NCBI RefSeq assembly: GCF_965277465.1
Contig: NZ_CBDICW010000001.1
Location: 451,654-515,653 of the forward strand
From: Mucilaginibacter sp.
Lineage (GTDB): Bacteria; Bacteroidota; Bacteroidia; Sphingobacteriales; Sphingobacteriaceae
Direction of reading: 5' to 3'
Length of the DNA: 64,000 nt
Position numbers and translations under genes: made by a program
Shown: positions 11,045 through 20,819 of the stretch, piece after piece
Layout of the letters: each line of letters opens with the position of its first letter
Position numbering within the stretch: the stretch's first letter is position 1
Notes under the pieces: generated by a model
Told to the model about the DNA's origin: nothing
The model's database searches: none
What the model saw: only the letters and a program-made list of their open reading frames with translations

Positions 11045-11842
11045 TTAACCTTGAACCATTCCACGGACAAAGTCTCTAAAAGCCTCATCGCCAATCGCAA
11101 GTCTGTGCGCGTATAAGTTTTTCGCGTCTTCACCGCATACATAACGCAACGTATTTTTGCCGTCTGTTGCGGCCTCGTAGACTACTTCTGCAATCTGTTC
11201 TGCAGTTGTAACGTTAGTGCCTGAGCCGATCACGGCTAAAAATTTATTTAGCAAGGTTTCATAGGCAGGGTGAGAAGCGATGACTGAACTTGCTCCATTA
11301 TCGGTGGCAACAAGACCGGGCTCTATATTTTTGATACCAATACCAAATTCGTTCAGTTCATAGGATAGACTTTCGCTCCAACCTTCCAAAGCCCACTTAC
11401 TGGCATCATAAATTGAACTTACTGGGAAACCTGCAAGGCCTGCACTGGAGGTTGTCGTGATAAAAAGACCGGCCTTTCTTTCACGAAAATATGGGATAAA
11501 GGCTTGTGTAACCCGGACAACGCCAAAGAAATTAGTTTCCATTTGCTGAACCAGCTGTTGATCGGTAATAGCCTCCAAGGCTCCCAGTAAGGTGTAGCCG
11601 GCATTGTTAAATACTATATCTACAGGTCCGAGTGATAAAGTTTCCTTTACAGTGTCCTTAATTTGCTGAAGGTTCGTTACATCCAGCGGTAGTAAGGTTA
11701 TATTCTCCAATAAATTTAATTCCTGCTCATTTTCGGGTTTGCGCATCGTTGCGATCACATGCCATCCCTTGCCAGCAAAGTGTTTTGCGGTGGCTTTTCC
11801 AATCCCGGTAGAGGCACCCGTAATAAAAATTGTCTTTTTCAT
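11045..11842 (-). CDS. SDR family oxidoreductase
   Basis: Carries the TGASTGIG cofactor motif, the NNAG motif, and YDASK (YxxxK active site). Confidence 0.9.
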   Translation of the reverse strand: MKKTIFITGASTGIGKATAKHFAGKGWHVIATMRKPENEQELNLLENITLLPLDVTNLQQIKDTVKETLSLGPVDIVFNNAGYTLLGALEAITDQQLVQQMETNFFGVVRVTQAFIPYFRERKAGLFITTTSSAGLAGFPVSSIYDASKWALEGWSESLSYELNEFGIGIKNIEPGLVATDNGASSVIASHPAYETLLNKFLAVIGSGTNVTTAEQIAEVVYEAATDGKNTLRYVCGEDAKNLYAHRLAIGDEAFRDFVRGMVQG

Positions 11843-12171
11843 ATATTTATTTTAATACAAAAGTCCCTAATCACAACTTGCTGGACGTAACTGATTTGGT
11901 AAATTTTGTAGCCAAATTGGTAAGCTTTATATTGTTATATACAAATTTTTGTCGCTTACTCTTCTTGGTTCACTCATAACTAAACGTTAGTTATATATAT
12001 AAAGTGCAATTCACCCACTGCTCCGAATCACAGGTTGGGCGCGTTTCCCTGCGACCTAATGGGAATTTCTCAAGCAATTTTATGGAAAGTTGTTAATTAA
12101 GCAGGAAAACACCCCGGTGACAGAGCTTCTGCTTTTTGAATTAATTAATGCTGGGGCTGGCAATATTGATA

Positions 12172-12861
12172 TTAATAATCATTAGATATTAATTTATAAC
12201 CCATGCCGCGTAAACTGACAATTTCCACACCTGGCTCATCTTTAAGCATTCTGCGCAGATGGGCCATAAATACATTCATACTTTTGGAATTATAGTAGTT
12301 GTCATCCCCCCATATCTCCAGCAGCGAATCCTGCCGTTTTAAAATGTTGTTTTTATGAAGCAATAACATTTCGAGCAGCGCAACTTCTTTGAAAGAAAGC
12401 CTGTATTCACCTGAACTGGTTAACAATTTCTGGTTAACAGTATCCAGCTCGCAATTCCCAAAATGATAAACGGTAACTCTCTTATCAGTAGACGCATCCG
12501 ACCCGAACCGCTTCAGCAAGGATTCGATCCTTACCAATAATTCCCCCATATTAAATGGCTTTTTAAGATAATCATTTCCACCGCTCTTAAAGCCGTTAAT
12601 AACATCTTCAGGAAGTGATTTTGCACTTAAAAAAATAATAGGTGTTTTAGATCCCAGCCCCCTTATGTCATCAGCAAGCTTATAGCCGTCTTTTAAAGGC
12701 ATCATAATATCGAGTATACAAATATCCGGCTGCGCGCTTTTAAACAGGTCAAAAGCCTCCTGCCCGTTACGCGCCTGCAAAACTTCATAACCGCTTTCCA
12801 CCAGGCCATCTGTAATGATGCCGGATAAAACCGGCTCATCTTCCGCATATAACACTTTCAT
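12172..12861 (-). CDS. OmpR/PhoB-type winged-helix response regulator
   Basis: Receiver domain (DICILDIMMPLKDG, YLKKPF) plus a C-terminal winged-helix region (LRGMGYKL). Its ATG overlaps the kinase stop (ATGA). Confidence 0.9.
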   Translation of the reverse strand: MKVLYAEDEPVLSGIITDGLVESGYEVLQARNGQEAFDLFKSAQPDICILDIMMPLKDGYKLADDIRGLGSKTPIIFLSAKSLPEDVINGFKSGGNDYLKKPFNMGELLVRIESLLKRFGSDASTDKRVTVYHFGNCELDTVNQKLLTSSGEYRLSFKEVALLEMLLLHKNNILKRQDSLLEIWGDDNYYNSKSMNVFMAHLRRMLKDEPGVEIVSLRGMGYKLISNDY

Positions 12862-14330
12862 AGCTGCTTAAATACTGGTAAATACACCATAAATTTACTT
12901 CCCTTTCCCTTCTCACTCTGAACATTAACACTACCTCCGTGCATTTCAATGATCTGCTTTACATAATTCAGGCCGAGCCCGGAACCTTCAACATGCGGCA
13001 CATCGTAAGCGCTGGAAACCCTAAAAAAACGTTCAAATATTTTATCATGGTAGATCGCTTCAATACCCGGCCCGTTATCTTTGATACTGATCTTCACTGT
13101 ATCTGCATCAGAGGTACAGACAACCACAACATGTACACCCGCCTGGCCATACTTCAGCGCGTTCTCAATCAGGTTGTAAAAGACATTGGTCAAGTGAACA
13201 GGATCTCCGCTAACAAAACAGGGTTCTTCCAAAGGCTCGTATATAATTTTCGCATTCTTATTAATGACCTGAACGCTCATCGAAGCTACAACAAGCTTAA
13301 GGCATTGCTGAACGTCGTAAAGTTCCTGGTGCAGTTTAATATTTACTTTATCTAAATCATCCAGCCGGAGTGCCTTATCAATCATCTGTTTTAATCTTTG
13401 CAGTTCTGTTTTACTGATCTCTAAATAAGTGTTAAGTTTTTCGGGTTTAGCCAATAAATTATAGCGGGTGATAGAATCCAGAGCAACTTCGATAATGGCA
13501 AGCGGCGTTTTAAGTTCATGGGACATGTTATTGGTAAATGCCGCTTTAGCTTCTGCATACAACTGTTTGTTGGCGATGGATTTCAAGATATAATAACAGG
13601 CGAAACCAATCAGCAGGATAAGGACAAATGCTGAACAGATGTAAATACGCATCCGCCATAAAACCAGACTGTCCAAACCTGGCACGATCAGTTCGTATTT
13701 ATTTTTGGATCTGAGGTCATAACTATATTTACGGGAACGGAAAGCAGGATGGGTTACCGGATTGTTGATACTATATGTTATTTGTTCGTCATTGTTCCGG
13801 TATCGGAAGGCTCCGTAATAGGCGTCCACATTTAAATCAGCCTGTTTCAGCAACACTTTTACGGTGCTGTCCATCTTTAACACAGAACGCTGGTCAATCG
13901 CTAACATTCCGGGGCTTACTTGCTTTGGAGAACTAGGAGCCATTGCGACATGATTCACCACAGTCTTTCCGCTGTAAACCTGTAAGTGAATATTAACCAC
14001 AACACTGTCCCTGAACGCGGAAGAAGCAAAGGAGCTGTTTAAGTAACGGTTAACCTCGCTGTCAGTGATCGCGTCAAACGCAGTTTTCAAATTGATCCAT
14101 CTGGGGGACAAAAAAAATTGCCGATAGTCGCCGTTTCCACTTTTATCTCCCAACAGGTTCTTGTACATCGCCTCTCTTGAAGCTTTGTTCACCACCTGTT
14201 CCAGTTCCTCTTCAACAAGCTGATATTGTTTTTTGAAGAGCTGGTTAAGCCAAATCAGCTGCAGACAGACGGCCAGCAGGATAATGCCAGACATAATTGG
14301 AATTAAATACCTGTTTGCAATAATTTTCAC
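12858..14330 (-). CDS. sensor histidine kinase (HisKA + HATPase_c)
   Basis: H-box NMSHELKTPL, N-box NLIENALKY, and G-boxes DNGPGI and GSGLGL. There are two TM segments. Confidence 0.9.
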   Translation of the reverse strand: MKIIANRYLIPIMSGIILLAVCLQLIWLNQLFKKQYQLVEEELEQVVNKASREAMYKNLLGDKSGNGDYRQFFLSPRWINLKTAFDAITDSEVNRYLNSSFASSAFRDSVVVNIHLQVYSGKTVVNHVAMAPSSPKQVSPGMLAIDQRSVLKMDSTVKVLLKQADLNVDAYYGAFRYRNNDEQITYSINNPVTHPAFRSRKYSYDLRSKNKYELIVPGLDSLVLWRMRIYICSAFVLILLIGFACYYILKSIANKQLYAEAKAAFTNNMSHELKTPLAIIEVALDSITRYNLLAKPEKLNTYLEISKTELQRLKQMIDKALRLDDLDKVNIKLHQELYDVQQCLKLVVASMSVQVINKNAKIIYEPLEEPCFVSGDPVHLTNVFYNLIENALKYGQAGVHVVVVCTSDADTVKISIKDNGPGIEAIYHDKIFERFFRVSSAYDVPHVEGSGLGLNYVKQIIEMHGGSVNVQSEKGKGSKFMVYLPVFKQL

Positions 14331-14379
14331 AGAACAAAAGTGGTCAATAAAAGTGACTGAGTTTCAGCATACTTAAGAT

Positions 14380-14421
14380 TTAACCTTATTTAATCTTACT
14401 TAACCTGCCTTAATCTTAACC
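14380..14421. promoter_or_regulatory. direct repeats in a divergent promoter (candidate response-regulator binding sites)
   Basis: TTAATCTTA occurs at 14390-14398 and 14410-14418, 20 bp apart. TTAACC occurs at 14380, 14400 and 14416. All lie in the 108-bp gap between the kinase operon and the receptor gene. Confidence 0.3.
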
Positions 14422-14438
14422 CGTGGTAGGTTTGCTGT

Positions 14439-16824
14439 ATGAAAAAGTTACTGATAATGTTCATTTTAAATCTGCCATTTTTGTTAATCGCTCAAACACG
14501 GATTAAGGGAATGGTCACTGACCGGTCAGGCCATCCGCTTGATGCGGTAACCATAGCGTTAAGCCAGCAAAATAATGCGGCGACTTATGCGCTTGCCGAT
14601 TCAGGGCGTTTTACTTTGAATACAAAGAGTCGCGGGTAGTTTTACCCTCACTGCCACACTTATCGGATATAAGACCATTATAAAGTCTATAACGCTGCCG
14701 AAAGATACGCTGCTGATTATTATGGAGGAAACTGCAAAGCAGTTAGGCATGGTTACCATTTCAGCCACGAGACCTGTCATTGAAAGAAAAATTGACAGGG
14801 TCGTATTTAACGTAGAAAACAGCATTGTCGCCAGCGGCGGAAGTGCCTGGGATGCCATGACCAAAGCACCGGGCGTTCAGCTGAACAGCGGCAATACACT
14901 GGCTGCTGATAAAAAAAATGTAACGGTATATGTCGATGACCGGCCGCTGCATTTATCGGCCGATGAGCTGACCACCTATCTTCAGGGGCTTCCCTCAGAC
15001 GCGGTTTCAAAAATAGAGGTCATTACAAACCCGCCGGCAAAATATGATGCAGAAGGTGGGGCGATCATTAACATCGTAACCAAAAAATCAAAATCGGATG
15101 GATTGAATGTCACCCTGAATTCCGGCTATACACAGGCGACCTATGGAAGCTATAATGCCGGGGCGATTTTCAATTACCGTAAGGATAAACTGAATGTTTT
15201 CGGCAGTTACAATTACAGCAACAGGGATAAAGATTATAAAGAAACAGACTTTGTAAACTACAATACCCCAGGTAATCCTTCTTTCTGGAACAGTGATGTT
15301 GTTAATCACCGGAAATCAGCAGTCAATAATTATAAACTTGGGGCTGATTACCGGCTCAGTAAAAACCAGGTAATCGGATTTCTGGTTACCGGCTATAATG
15401 CGGCTGGTAACGGGCATAGCGAAACCAACACTTCCGTAGCAGGCGGCAGCAACGCAACACCTGATTCCCTGCTTCATACCATAACGAACAGTAAAAGCAA
15501 TACCACCCAGATCGGGTTTAACGCGAATTATACGCTGAAAATCGATACAACCGGAAAAAGTTTGACCGTAGATTTTGATTACCTTCCATTTAGGTCAACT
15601 AACAGGCAGTTTCTGGATAATTATTCCTTCCTGCCTGACGGTAGCCCTGCATCAGCCCCTTATCATATATATACCCCAACCACTCAGGGTATCAATATAT
15701 ACTCGGGAAAGGCAGATTATACCAGCAAATTATTTAAGCGCTGGACATTGACATCAGGAATAAAGTACAGCAGCATAAAAACTGACAATACCTTTAATTA
15801 TTTTAACAACGCAGGTGCGGTACCCGTTCTGGCCAGTAACCAGAGCGATCATTTTACCTACACGGAAAATACAGCAGCATTGTACACCAGCATTAATGGA
15901 ACCGTAGGTAACTGGACATTCCAAGGCGGTTTACGCGGTGAATACACAAACAGCCGGGGTTTTTCAGCTACACTTGATTCGTTAAATAAACGTAGTTACT
16001 TTAAGCTTTTCCCTACCGCTTATGTGATTTATAAACTAAACGACAACAGTGATCTGCAACTGACCTACAGCTACCGTATTCAGCGTCCCGAATATTTCAG
16101 GCTGAACCCCTTTAAAACCTATGTTACACCTTATTCATTTGTTGAGGGAAATCCTGCATTACAGCCTTCATTTGTTCAGAATATAGAACTTGGCTATACC
16201 TGGAAGAAGCAGTACAACATCACAGGTTATTACAATGTTACACATGACATGTTCACCTACGCAACGGTACAGGATAACGTGGATCATCTCCTTTATACTA
16301 CCCAGCAAAATCTCGGCTTCAGTTCGAACGCAGGTGTCCGCCTTTCAGCGCCATTTAATCCGGCAGGATGGTGGGAGGTTAACGCCACGGCTGATTTCTC
16401 CCGGCAAACTGAAAGGTCAGCATACTTGCAGGGAAGTTACGATTACCATAAGTTAACTTTCAGCGGGACCGTTGACCAAGCCTTTACCATAAACAAAGGT
16501 GCGGGGTTGAAAGCAGAATTAAACGCTTGGTATAACACGCCGCATATTGCCGGAATATTTGATATCGCACGAACTTATGATGTTAGCTTCGGTATCCGTA
16601 AAACAGTTTTTCATGACGGAACGGTGAAACTGGCCGCAAGTGATATTTTCTATGGAAATTCATTTAATGTGAGTTCACACTACCTGAACCAGGATAATGG
16701 CTCACTCATGAAAGGCGATACACGAAATATTAGCCTGTCATTTAGCTACAAATTCGGTAAGAATGTAAAGGATGCGAAGAAAAGGGAAACTTCAAATGAG
16801 GACGAAAAAAAAAGGGCGCGCTAA
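14439..16824 (+). pseudogene. outer-membrane beta-barrel receptor (CarboxypepD_reg + TonB-dependent-receptor-like), interrupted by a single frameshift near 14620-14636
   Basis: The 66-aa ORF (14439..14639) encodes the signal peptide plus the start of a CarboxypepD_reg domain. The 700-aa ORF frame is open back to 14620 and reads ...VAGSFTLTATLIGYKTIIKSITLPKDTLLIIMEE. Joined, they align colinearly with the intact paralog at 43453..45906 (AGTYIVKATVVGYEKTISKPFTV; TATKPLIERKIDRTVMNVENS versus SATRPVIERKIDRVVFNVENS). Confidence 0.75.
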
Positions 16825-16904
16825 TGTAACAAACCGGGCATTTTGTAAAAATTAAATATCAGACCACCTCATATACTTATTACCTTGCTTAAATTTCAAC
16901 AAAC

Positions 16905-18056
16905 ATGACTTTGAGAAACTTATTCGTGACCGCGCCTTTAGTACTATTTTTTTACTTTGGCTGCCATGCGCAAATCAAAAACAATCAAAAATCAATCATA
17001 ATTCCTTTTGAAGCTCCCAAGTGGGATACTACTGCCGCAAAAGCGGAATTTGTCACTTACAAAGGTGTAAAAGCTATTAAAATGCACCCCAACGGCGGAC
17101 AAATCAATTTGAAAGGATTAATCTTTACTAATGGCACCATCGAGTTCGATACGCAGCCGATCGATGCGGAAACAAGGGGCTTCGGTCCGATAGGCATATA
17201 CTTCCGTCAGCAGAATGTAAAGGAAAGCGAATACGTTTACCTGCGAACCAAAAGGGATGATAGCAAGCGCGACAACGATGATATCCAATATGCACCGGTT
17301 GTAAACGGTGTGCTGCTCTTTAATATGATGTCGCCTTATGATGGGCCGGCACCTGTACACAACAAGGAATGGAACCATGTTAAGCTGGTAGTTTCCGGTA
17401 TGCAAATGCGCATGTATGTAAATGATATGAATGAGCCCGTTTTAGAAATTCCAAGATTGGAAAGTAGCAGCAAAGCAGGAACAATCGGATTTGACGGGCT
17501 TGCCTATTTTGCAAATTTGACCATTAAGCCAAATGATGTAGGAAATATATCTCCCCTGGAAGGAATTGACCCTACTAAACACGATATGAATTATATCCGG
17601 CAATGGGATGTTACTTCCTCAAGGATCAAGGGACAAGGAAGAGAACTAACAACCGGTGATCTGCCCAAAGACTCCACGCAATGGAACGGGATTACTGCGG
17701 AAAGGCGCGGGGTTGTCAACTTATCCCGCAAATTTGGAGCAAGCGACACCAGCCGTTACGTTTGGTTGAAAACCACCATTAATTCAACAAAGGATCAGGT
17801 TATGCAGATGCAACTTGGTTTTTGTGATGAAGTCTATGTTTTCGCGAATAATAAATTAATTGATGCCGATAAAAATCAATTCGGACTTCCGCTCGCCAAA
17901 TTTCCGAACGGATGCCTAAATATTGATAATTCGATGGTCAACATCCCTCTTAAAGCCGGTTCAAATACACTGCTAATTGGTGTGGTAAATAACTTTTATA
18001 GTTGGGGCATTATTGCCAGGCTCAGGAATTTAAGCGGAATTACGCTGACAAATTGA
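16905..18056 (+). CDS. secreted protein with concanavalin/LamG-like (DUF1080-like) N-terminal domain, function unknown
   Basis: 383 aa with a signal peptide. The motif WNHVKLVVSGMQMRMYVNDMNEPVLEI...GTIGFDG is typical of DUF1080/LamG-fold proteins. Confidence 0.5.
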   Translation: MTLRNLFVTAPLVLFFYFGCHAQIKNNQKSIIIPFEAPKWDTTAAKAEFVTYKGVKAIKMHPNGGQINLKGLIFTNGTIEFDTQPIDAETRGFGPIGIYFRQQNVKESEYVYLRTKRDDSKRDNDDIQYAPVVNGVLLFNMMSPYDGPAPVHNKEWNHVKLVVSGMQMRMYVNDMNEPVLEIPRLESSSKAGTIGFDGLAYFANLTIKPNDVGNISPLEGIDPTKHDMNYIRQWDVTSSRIKGQGRELTTGDLPKDSTQWNGITAERRGVVNLSRKFGASDTSRYVWLKTTINSTKDQVMQMQLGFCDEVYVFANNKLIDADKNQFGLPLAKFPNGCLNIDNSMVNIPLKAGSNTLLIGVVNNFYSWGIIARLRNLSGITLTN

Positions 18057-18374
18057 AAGGTAGTTTACTTGGCGCACTGGCTTGTCCATTGTTGCCGAGA
18101 AGAAGGTAGTTACCATGAAGTCTGCTTAATTGACTTGAAACTTTCCTGCATGGCTGTTATGCGCTTAAATTAGCCCACTTAAGTTATATAGAAGTCTTAG
18201 GCGATTATTCTCTTCAGCTTTTGCTGACCGTTGCAGGGACTTATCAGGAGTTTTCAGACACTTAAAGCGCGGCAAACCCACACTTGACCATTGACTGCTC
18301 AATAGACCAACATTAAAGGGCACCCTGTAGGTTCTTTTGGACTAAATGAGGTAACGTGTGCTGATAAAATACAG

Positions 18375-18572
18375 TTAAGCAGAAGGGCTAATATCCATTG
18401 TCTGCCCATTGTTGTCAATAACACTTTTAAGCATATTTTTTGCAAGGCTAATTTCAAAATCATCTATTTTGGTAACCCTTAAATTTAAACTGTTTATTTC
18501 ATCAAGCTGTTTAAGGCATTTTGAAATAATTTTCAAAGCCTTAAAATCTGTTTTATCTGCTAAAATGCTCAT
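18375..18572 (-). CDS. hypothetical protein (65 aa)
   Basis: ORF downstream of DUF932, separated from it by a GGGGG/CCCCC hairpin. No motif recognised. Confidence 0.4.
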   Translation of the reverse strand: MSILADKTDFKALKIISKCLKQLDEINSLNLRVTKIDDFEISLAKNMLKSVIDNNGQTMDISPSA

Positions 18573-18589
18573 AACGATTAATTTATAAA

Positions 18590-18606
18590 GGGGGTGTTTA
18601 GCCCCC
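18590..18606 (-). terminator. short hairpin after the DUF932 gene
   Basis: On the minus strand: GGGGG-CTAAACA-CCCCC followed by TTTATAAATT. Confidence 0.4.
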
Positions 18607-18618
18607 TGTTGGTTATTG

Positions 18619-19677
18619 TTAGTTTAACGTATTACCATGTTTGGCAAATTCAGTGCATAAATCAAAGGCGGTTTGACTGCGTTGCAACCCCGTCCCGTAC
18701 ATGATGCTTTTAAATTTGCTTTCATCATCCTTGAAGTTTCGGACATTCTGAAAATATCCCGTAACCGCATTGTAAGCACCAAACAAAGTTCCTTTTGTGG
18801 TCGCTTCCTGCTGTGTTGGGCTGGTTAGGGCATATTCCATAACACTACTTACCATATTATTATAAGTAGTGCTTAATTCGTCCTGCTTCCCGTTTTGCAG
18901 ATTTTGCAATACTTCCTTATTCGGTGCCATTGCAATTTGTATCAAATGCTTAACGGCATTATCTGTAATACGGATTTTCGACCAATGGTTAAACACTTCT
19001 TCCAGTTCGTCGGCTAACTGGTTGGTAATCCCTAATAATTGATGTGCTTGTTTTAGCCTTTCGTTTGCGCTGGCGGTATGCCGTATTTTAATGCCGTTGC
19101 TATGGTTACGCATGGCAGCGTTTAACGTATTGGCGCAAACTATCCTAACAGGTGTAAAAGCTGCGGTAATACTGCCGTAACCATCGTGCGAAGTAGTTAA
19201 AAACAAATACTGCTCTATTAAATCATCTTTTCCAACCCTGATATAATCGGGCAGTTTAGCGGTAATAAAAATACGCTCCCCTTTGCCCAACGCTCCGGCG
19301 GTTTCGTATAAAATCCCGTCCTTACCCCCTACGATGCTATCGAAAAACTCAAAGGCGTTTACATTCTGTACCACTTCGTAATCTTTGCCAACTACGCCCA
19401 AAACTTGTTCAGTATCGTTGCGGATGGTGGCGTAAAAATCGGGCACTTCAATTTCGGGGATTAAAATATCCATGTCGGGGTCGCCTGTATGATTTTCAGT
19501 ATCATACGTAAATAAAGGGCGTTTTTCAACGGTGTAGTTTAACCCTGCGTGTATAATCGCTTCTGCGCTCGTGGGATAATCTGTAATGATCTGCCCTAAG
19601 TTGTGCCAGGCTTTTTCCTTTACTGAAAAAAAACTGTGCTTTGCTGTTTGCTCGTTATAATTAAGATTGTGTGCCAT
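18619..19677 (-). CDS. DUF932 domain protein (phage/plasmid-like protein, TIGR03299-type)
   Basis: 352 aa. N-terminus MAHNLNYNEQTAKHSFFSVKEKAWHNLGQII. Core LGVVGKDYEVVQNVNAFEFFD...ETAGALGKGERIFITAKLP...FLTTSHDGYGSITAAFTPVRIVCANTL matches my recollection of the DUF932 family. Confidence 0.8.
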   Translation of the reverse strand: MAHNLNYNEQTAKHSFFSVKEKAWHNLGQIITDYPTSAEAIIHAGLNYTVEKRPLFTYDTENHTGDPDMDILIPEIEVPDFYATIRNDTEQVLGVVGKDYEVVQNVNAFEFFDSIVGGKDGILYETAGALGKGERIFITAKLPDYIRVGKDDLIEQYLFLTTSHDGYGSITAAFTPVRIVCANTLNAAMRNHSNGIKIRHTASANERLKQAHQLLGITNQLADELEEVFNHWSKIRITDNAVKHLIQIAMAPNKEVLQNLQNGKQDELSTTYNNMVSSVMEYALTSPTQQEATTKGTLFGAYNAVTGYFQNVRNFKDDESKFKSIMYGTGLQRSQTAFDLCTEFAKHGNTLN

Positions 19678-19861
19678 TGTTGTTTTTGTTTAATTGTTCT
19701 TTATTCAGTTTAATAATCTCTGTTTCCAATACTTCCACATTGTCGGTACTGCCGATGCTGTATTGGGTTTGGTTTTCCAATTCTTTCATAGCATCCTGTA
19801 TATGCTGGTACTTGGTTTGGATAACCACTTTGATAAATAGAAATACGGTGTCTGTCCTCAT
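19661..19861 (-). CDS. hypothetical small protein (66 aa)
   Basis: ATG start. It overlaps the DUF932 start by 17 nt and begins 4 nt after the stop of the upstream 41-codon ORF, so the packing is operon-like. Confidence 0.35.
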   Translation of the reverse strand: MRTDTVFLFIKVVIQTKYQHIQDAMKELENQTQYSIGSTDNVEVLETEIIKLNKEQLNKNNNGTQS

Positions 19862-19865
19862 TGGA

Positions 19866-19991
19866 TTAGTTGTAATTATTAATGAAATCGTTTAACTCGG
19901 AATTGAAAACTGTGGGGTTTTCATTTGCTAATTGCTGTGCATAACCATCCCAAAAAATTTGGTTGGTTAATTCGATAAATAATTCTAACAT
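19866..19991 (-). CDS. hypothetical micro-protein (41 aa)
   Basis: Below the ORF-track cutoff. Manual translation: MLELFIELTNQIFWDGYAQQLANENPTVFNSELNDFINNYN. It abuts the next ORF. Confidence 0.3.
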   Translation of the reverse strand: MLELFIELTNQIFWDGYAQQLANENPTVFNSELNDFINNYN

Positions 19992-20031
19992 TGTCTTAGC
20001 TTTTAAGAAAATAGAAGTTTTTAAAAACGCT

Positions 20032-20052
20032 CCCTGCAATTCAGATGCAGGG
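20032..20052 (-). terminator. rho-independent-type terminator after the 194-aa gene
   Basis: On the minus strand: CCCTGCA-TCTGAAT-TGCAGGG followed by AGCGTTTTTAAAAA. Confidence 0.5.
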
Positions 20053-20067
20053 GGCGTTTTCCATTAA

Positions 20068-20652
20068 TTAAGCGGGAATAATGATACCTGCTTCAATCTG
20101 CGCCAGTTTGTCTAGACAAAGGGCGTTCACATACTGCGTTACATGAAAAATGATTACCGGGTTTTTAGTGGTAAAGCTTTTGCCCTTGTCATCTGCAATG
20201 GTTAGTTCGCACCGGGAATAATTGGTTATCCCGCTTTCTTCGGCTTCATCCTTTTGGTTAACCTCAAAAGCTTCCAAACTTTGGATTGTATCCATTAATT
20301 TATCCCGTTGCACCTTACGGCGGTGCAGTTCTTCCACCAATTTTAACGTACTCTCTAAATTCAGTACAGGTTTAGCGGGTTTTACTTCCTCGGCAACTTT
20401 CTTTGGTTCTTCTGCCTTTGGCTGTTCTGCCACAAATTTGGGACTGTTCTCCGCCTGTACTATTTCTTTAGGCTGTTCGGTTGCCTGTACGGGTACAGGG
20501 GTTTCCGTTTTCTTCGGTTCGTCCTTTTTGGCTTCGCCGTTTAAAGTGGTACTTACAGGCAAATTGTTTGCCTTTGCAGTTTCGTTATTGTTACCTGTGA
20601 TATTTGCCCTGTTATTGTTAATCTCTGTTGTTTTTACTTCTGCGGTTTTCAT
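20068..20652 (-). CDS. hypothetical protein with Pro/Lys/Glu-rich low-complexity N-terminal half
   Basis: 194 aa. The N-terminal half is low-complexity (KKDEPKKTETPVPVQATEQPKE...EQPKAEEPKKVAEEVKPAKP) and the C-terminal ~90 aa look globular. Confidence 0.55.
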   Translation of the reverse strand: MKTAEVKTTEINNNRANITGNNNETAKANNLPVSTTLNGEAKKDEPKKTETPVPVQATEQPKEIVQAENSPKFVAEQPKAEEPKKVAEEVKPAKPVLNLESTLKLVEELHRRKVQRDKLMDTIQSLEAFEVNQKDEAEESGITNYSRCELTIADDKGKSFTTKNPVIIFHVTQYVNALCLDKLAQIEAGIIIPA

Positions 20653-20819
20653 AATTTCTAATTTTTAAAAGTTTTTAATAAATTCAGTAATTGCCCTAAT
20701 GAGGCGTTTTGCAATGGCGGGGCGGTTTGTCCGTTCCGCTGTTGGGCTGTGTGTGGTGGGCTTCTGCCGTTTGCTGTTTTCATGGTTGCTTTTCTTTTTA
20801 AAGTCAGTCGGCAGGGCCT

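Noticed and set aside
12939-13355. 138-aa + strand ORF; similar nested ORFs lie inside the LytTR gene, the SusC genes, metG and recQ
   Set aside because: All are embedded antisense or out of frame within genes that have clear family signatures. They are shadow ORFs.
20222-20668. 148-aa + strand ORF
   Set aside because: It is antisense to the 194-aa P/K/E-rich gene. Low-complexity DNA gives open frames on both strands, and I kept the strand consistent with the rest of the island and with the terminator.
20658-20783. 41-codon minus-strand ORF (MKTANGRSPPHTAQQRNGQTAPPLQNASLGQLLNLLKTFKN) ending 5 nt before the 194-aa gene
   Set aside because: Its composition is odd and it lies in GC-rich structured DNA next to the long hairpin. 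The only support is the tight spacing and an ATGAAAAC start similar to the next gene. I did not call it as a feature.
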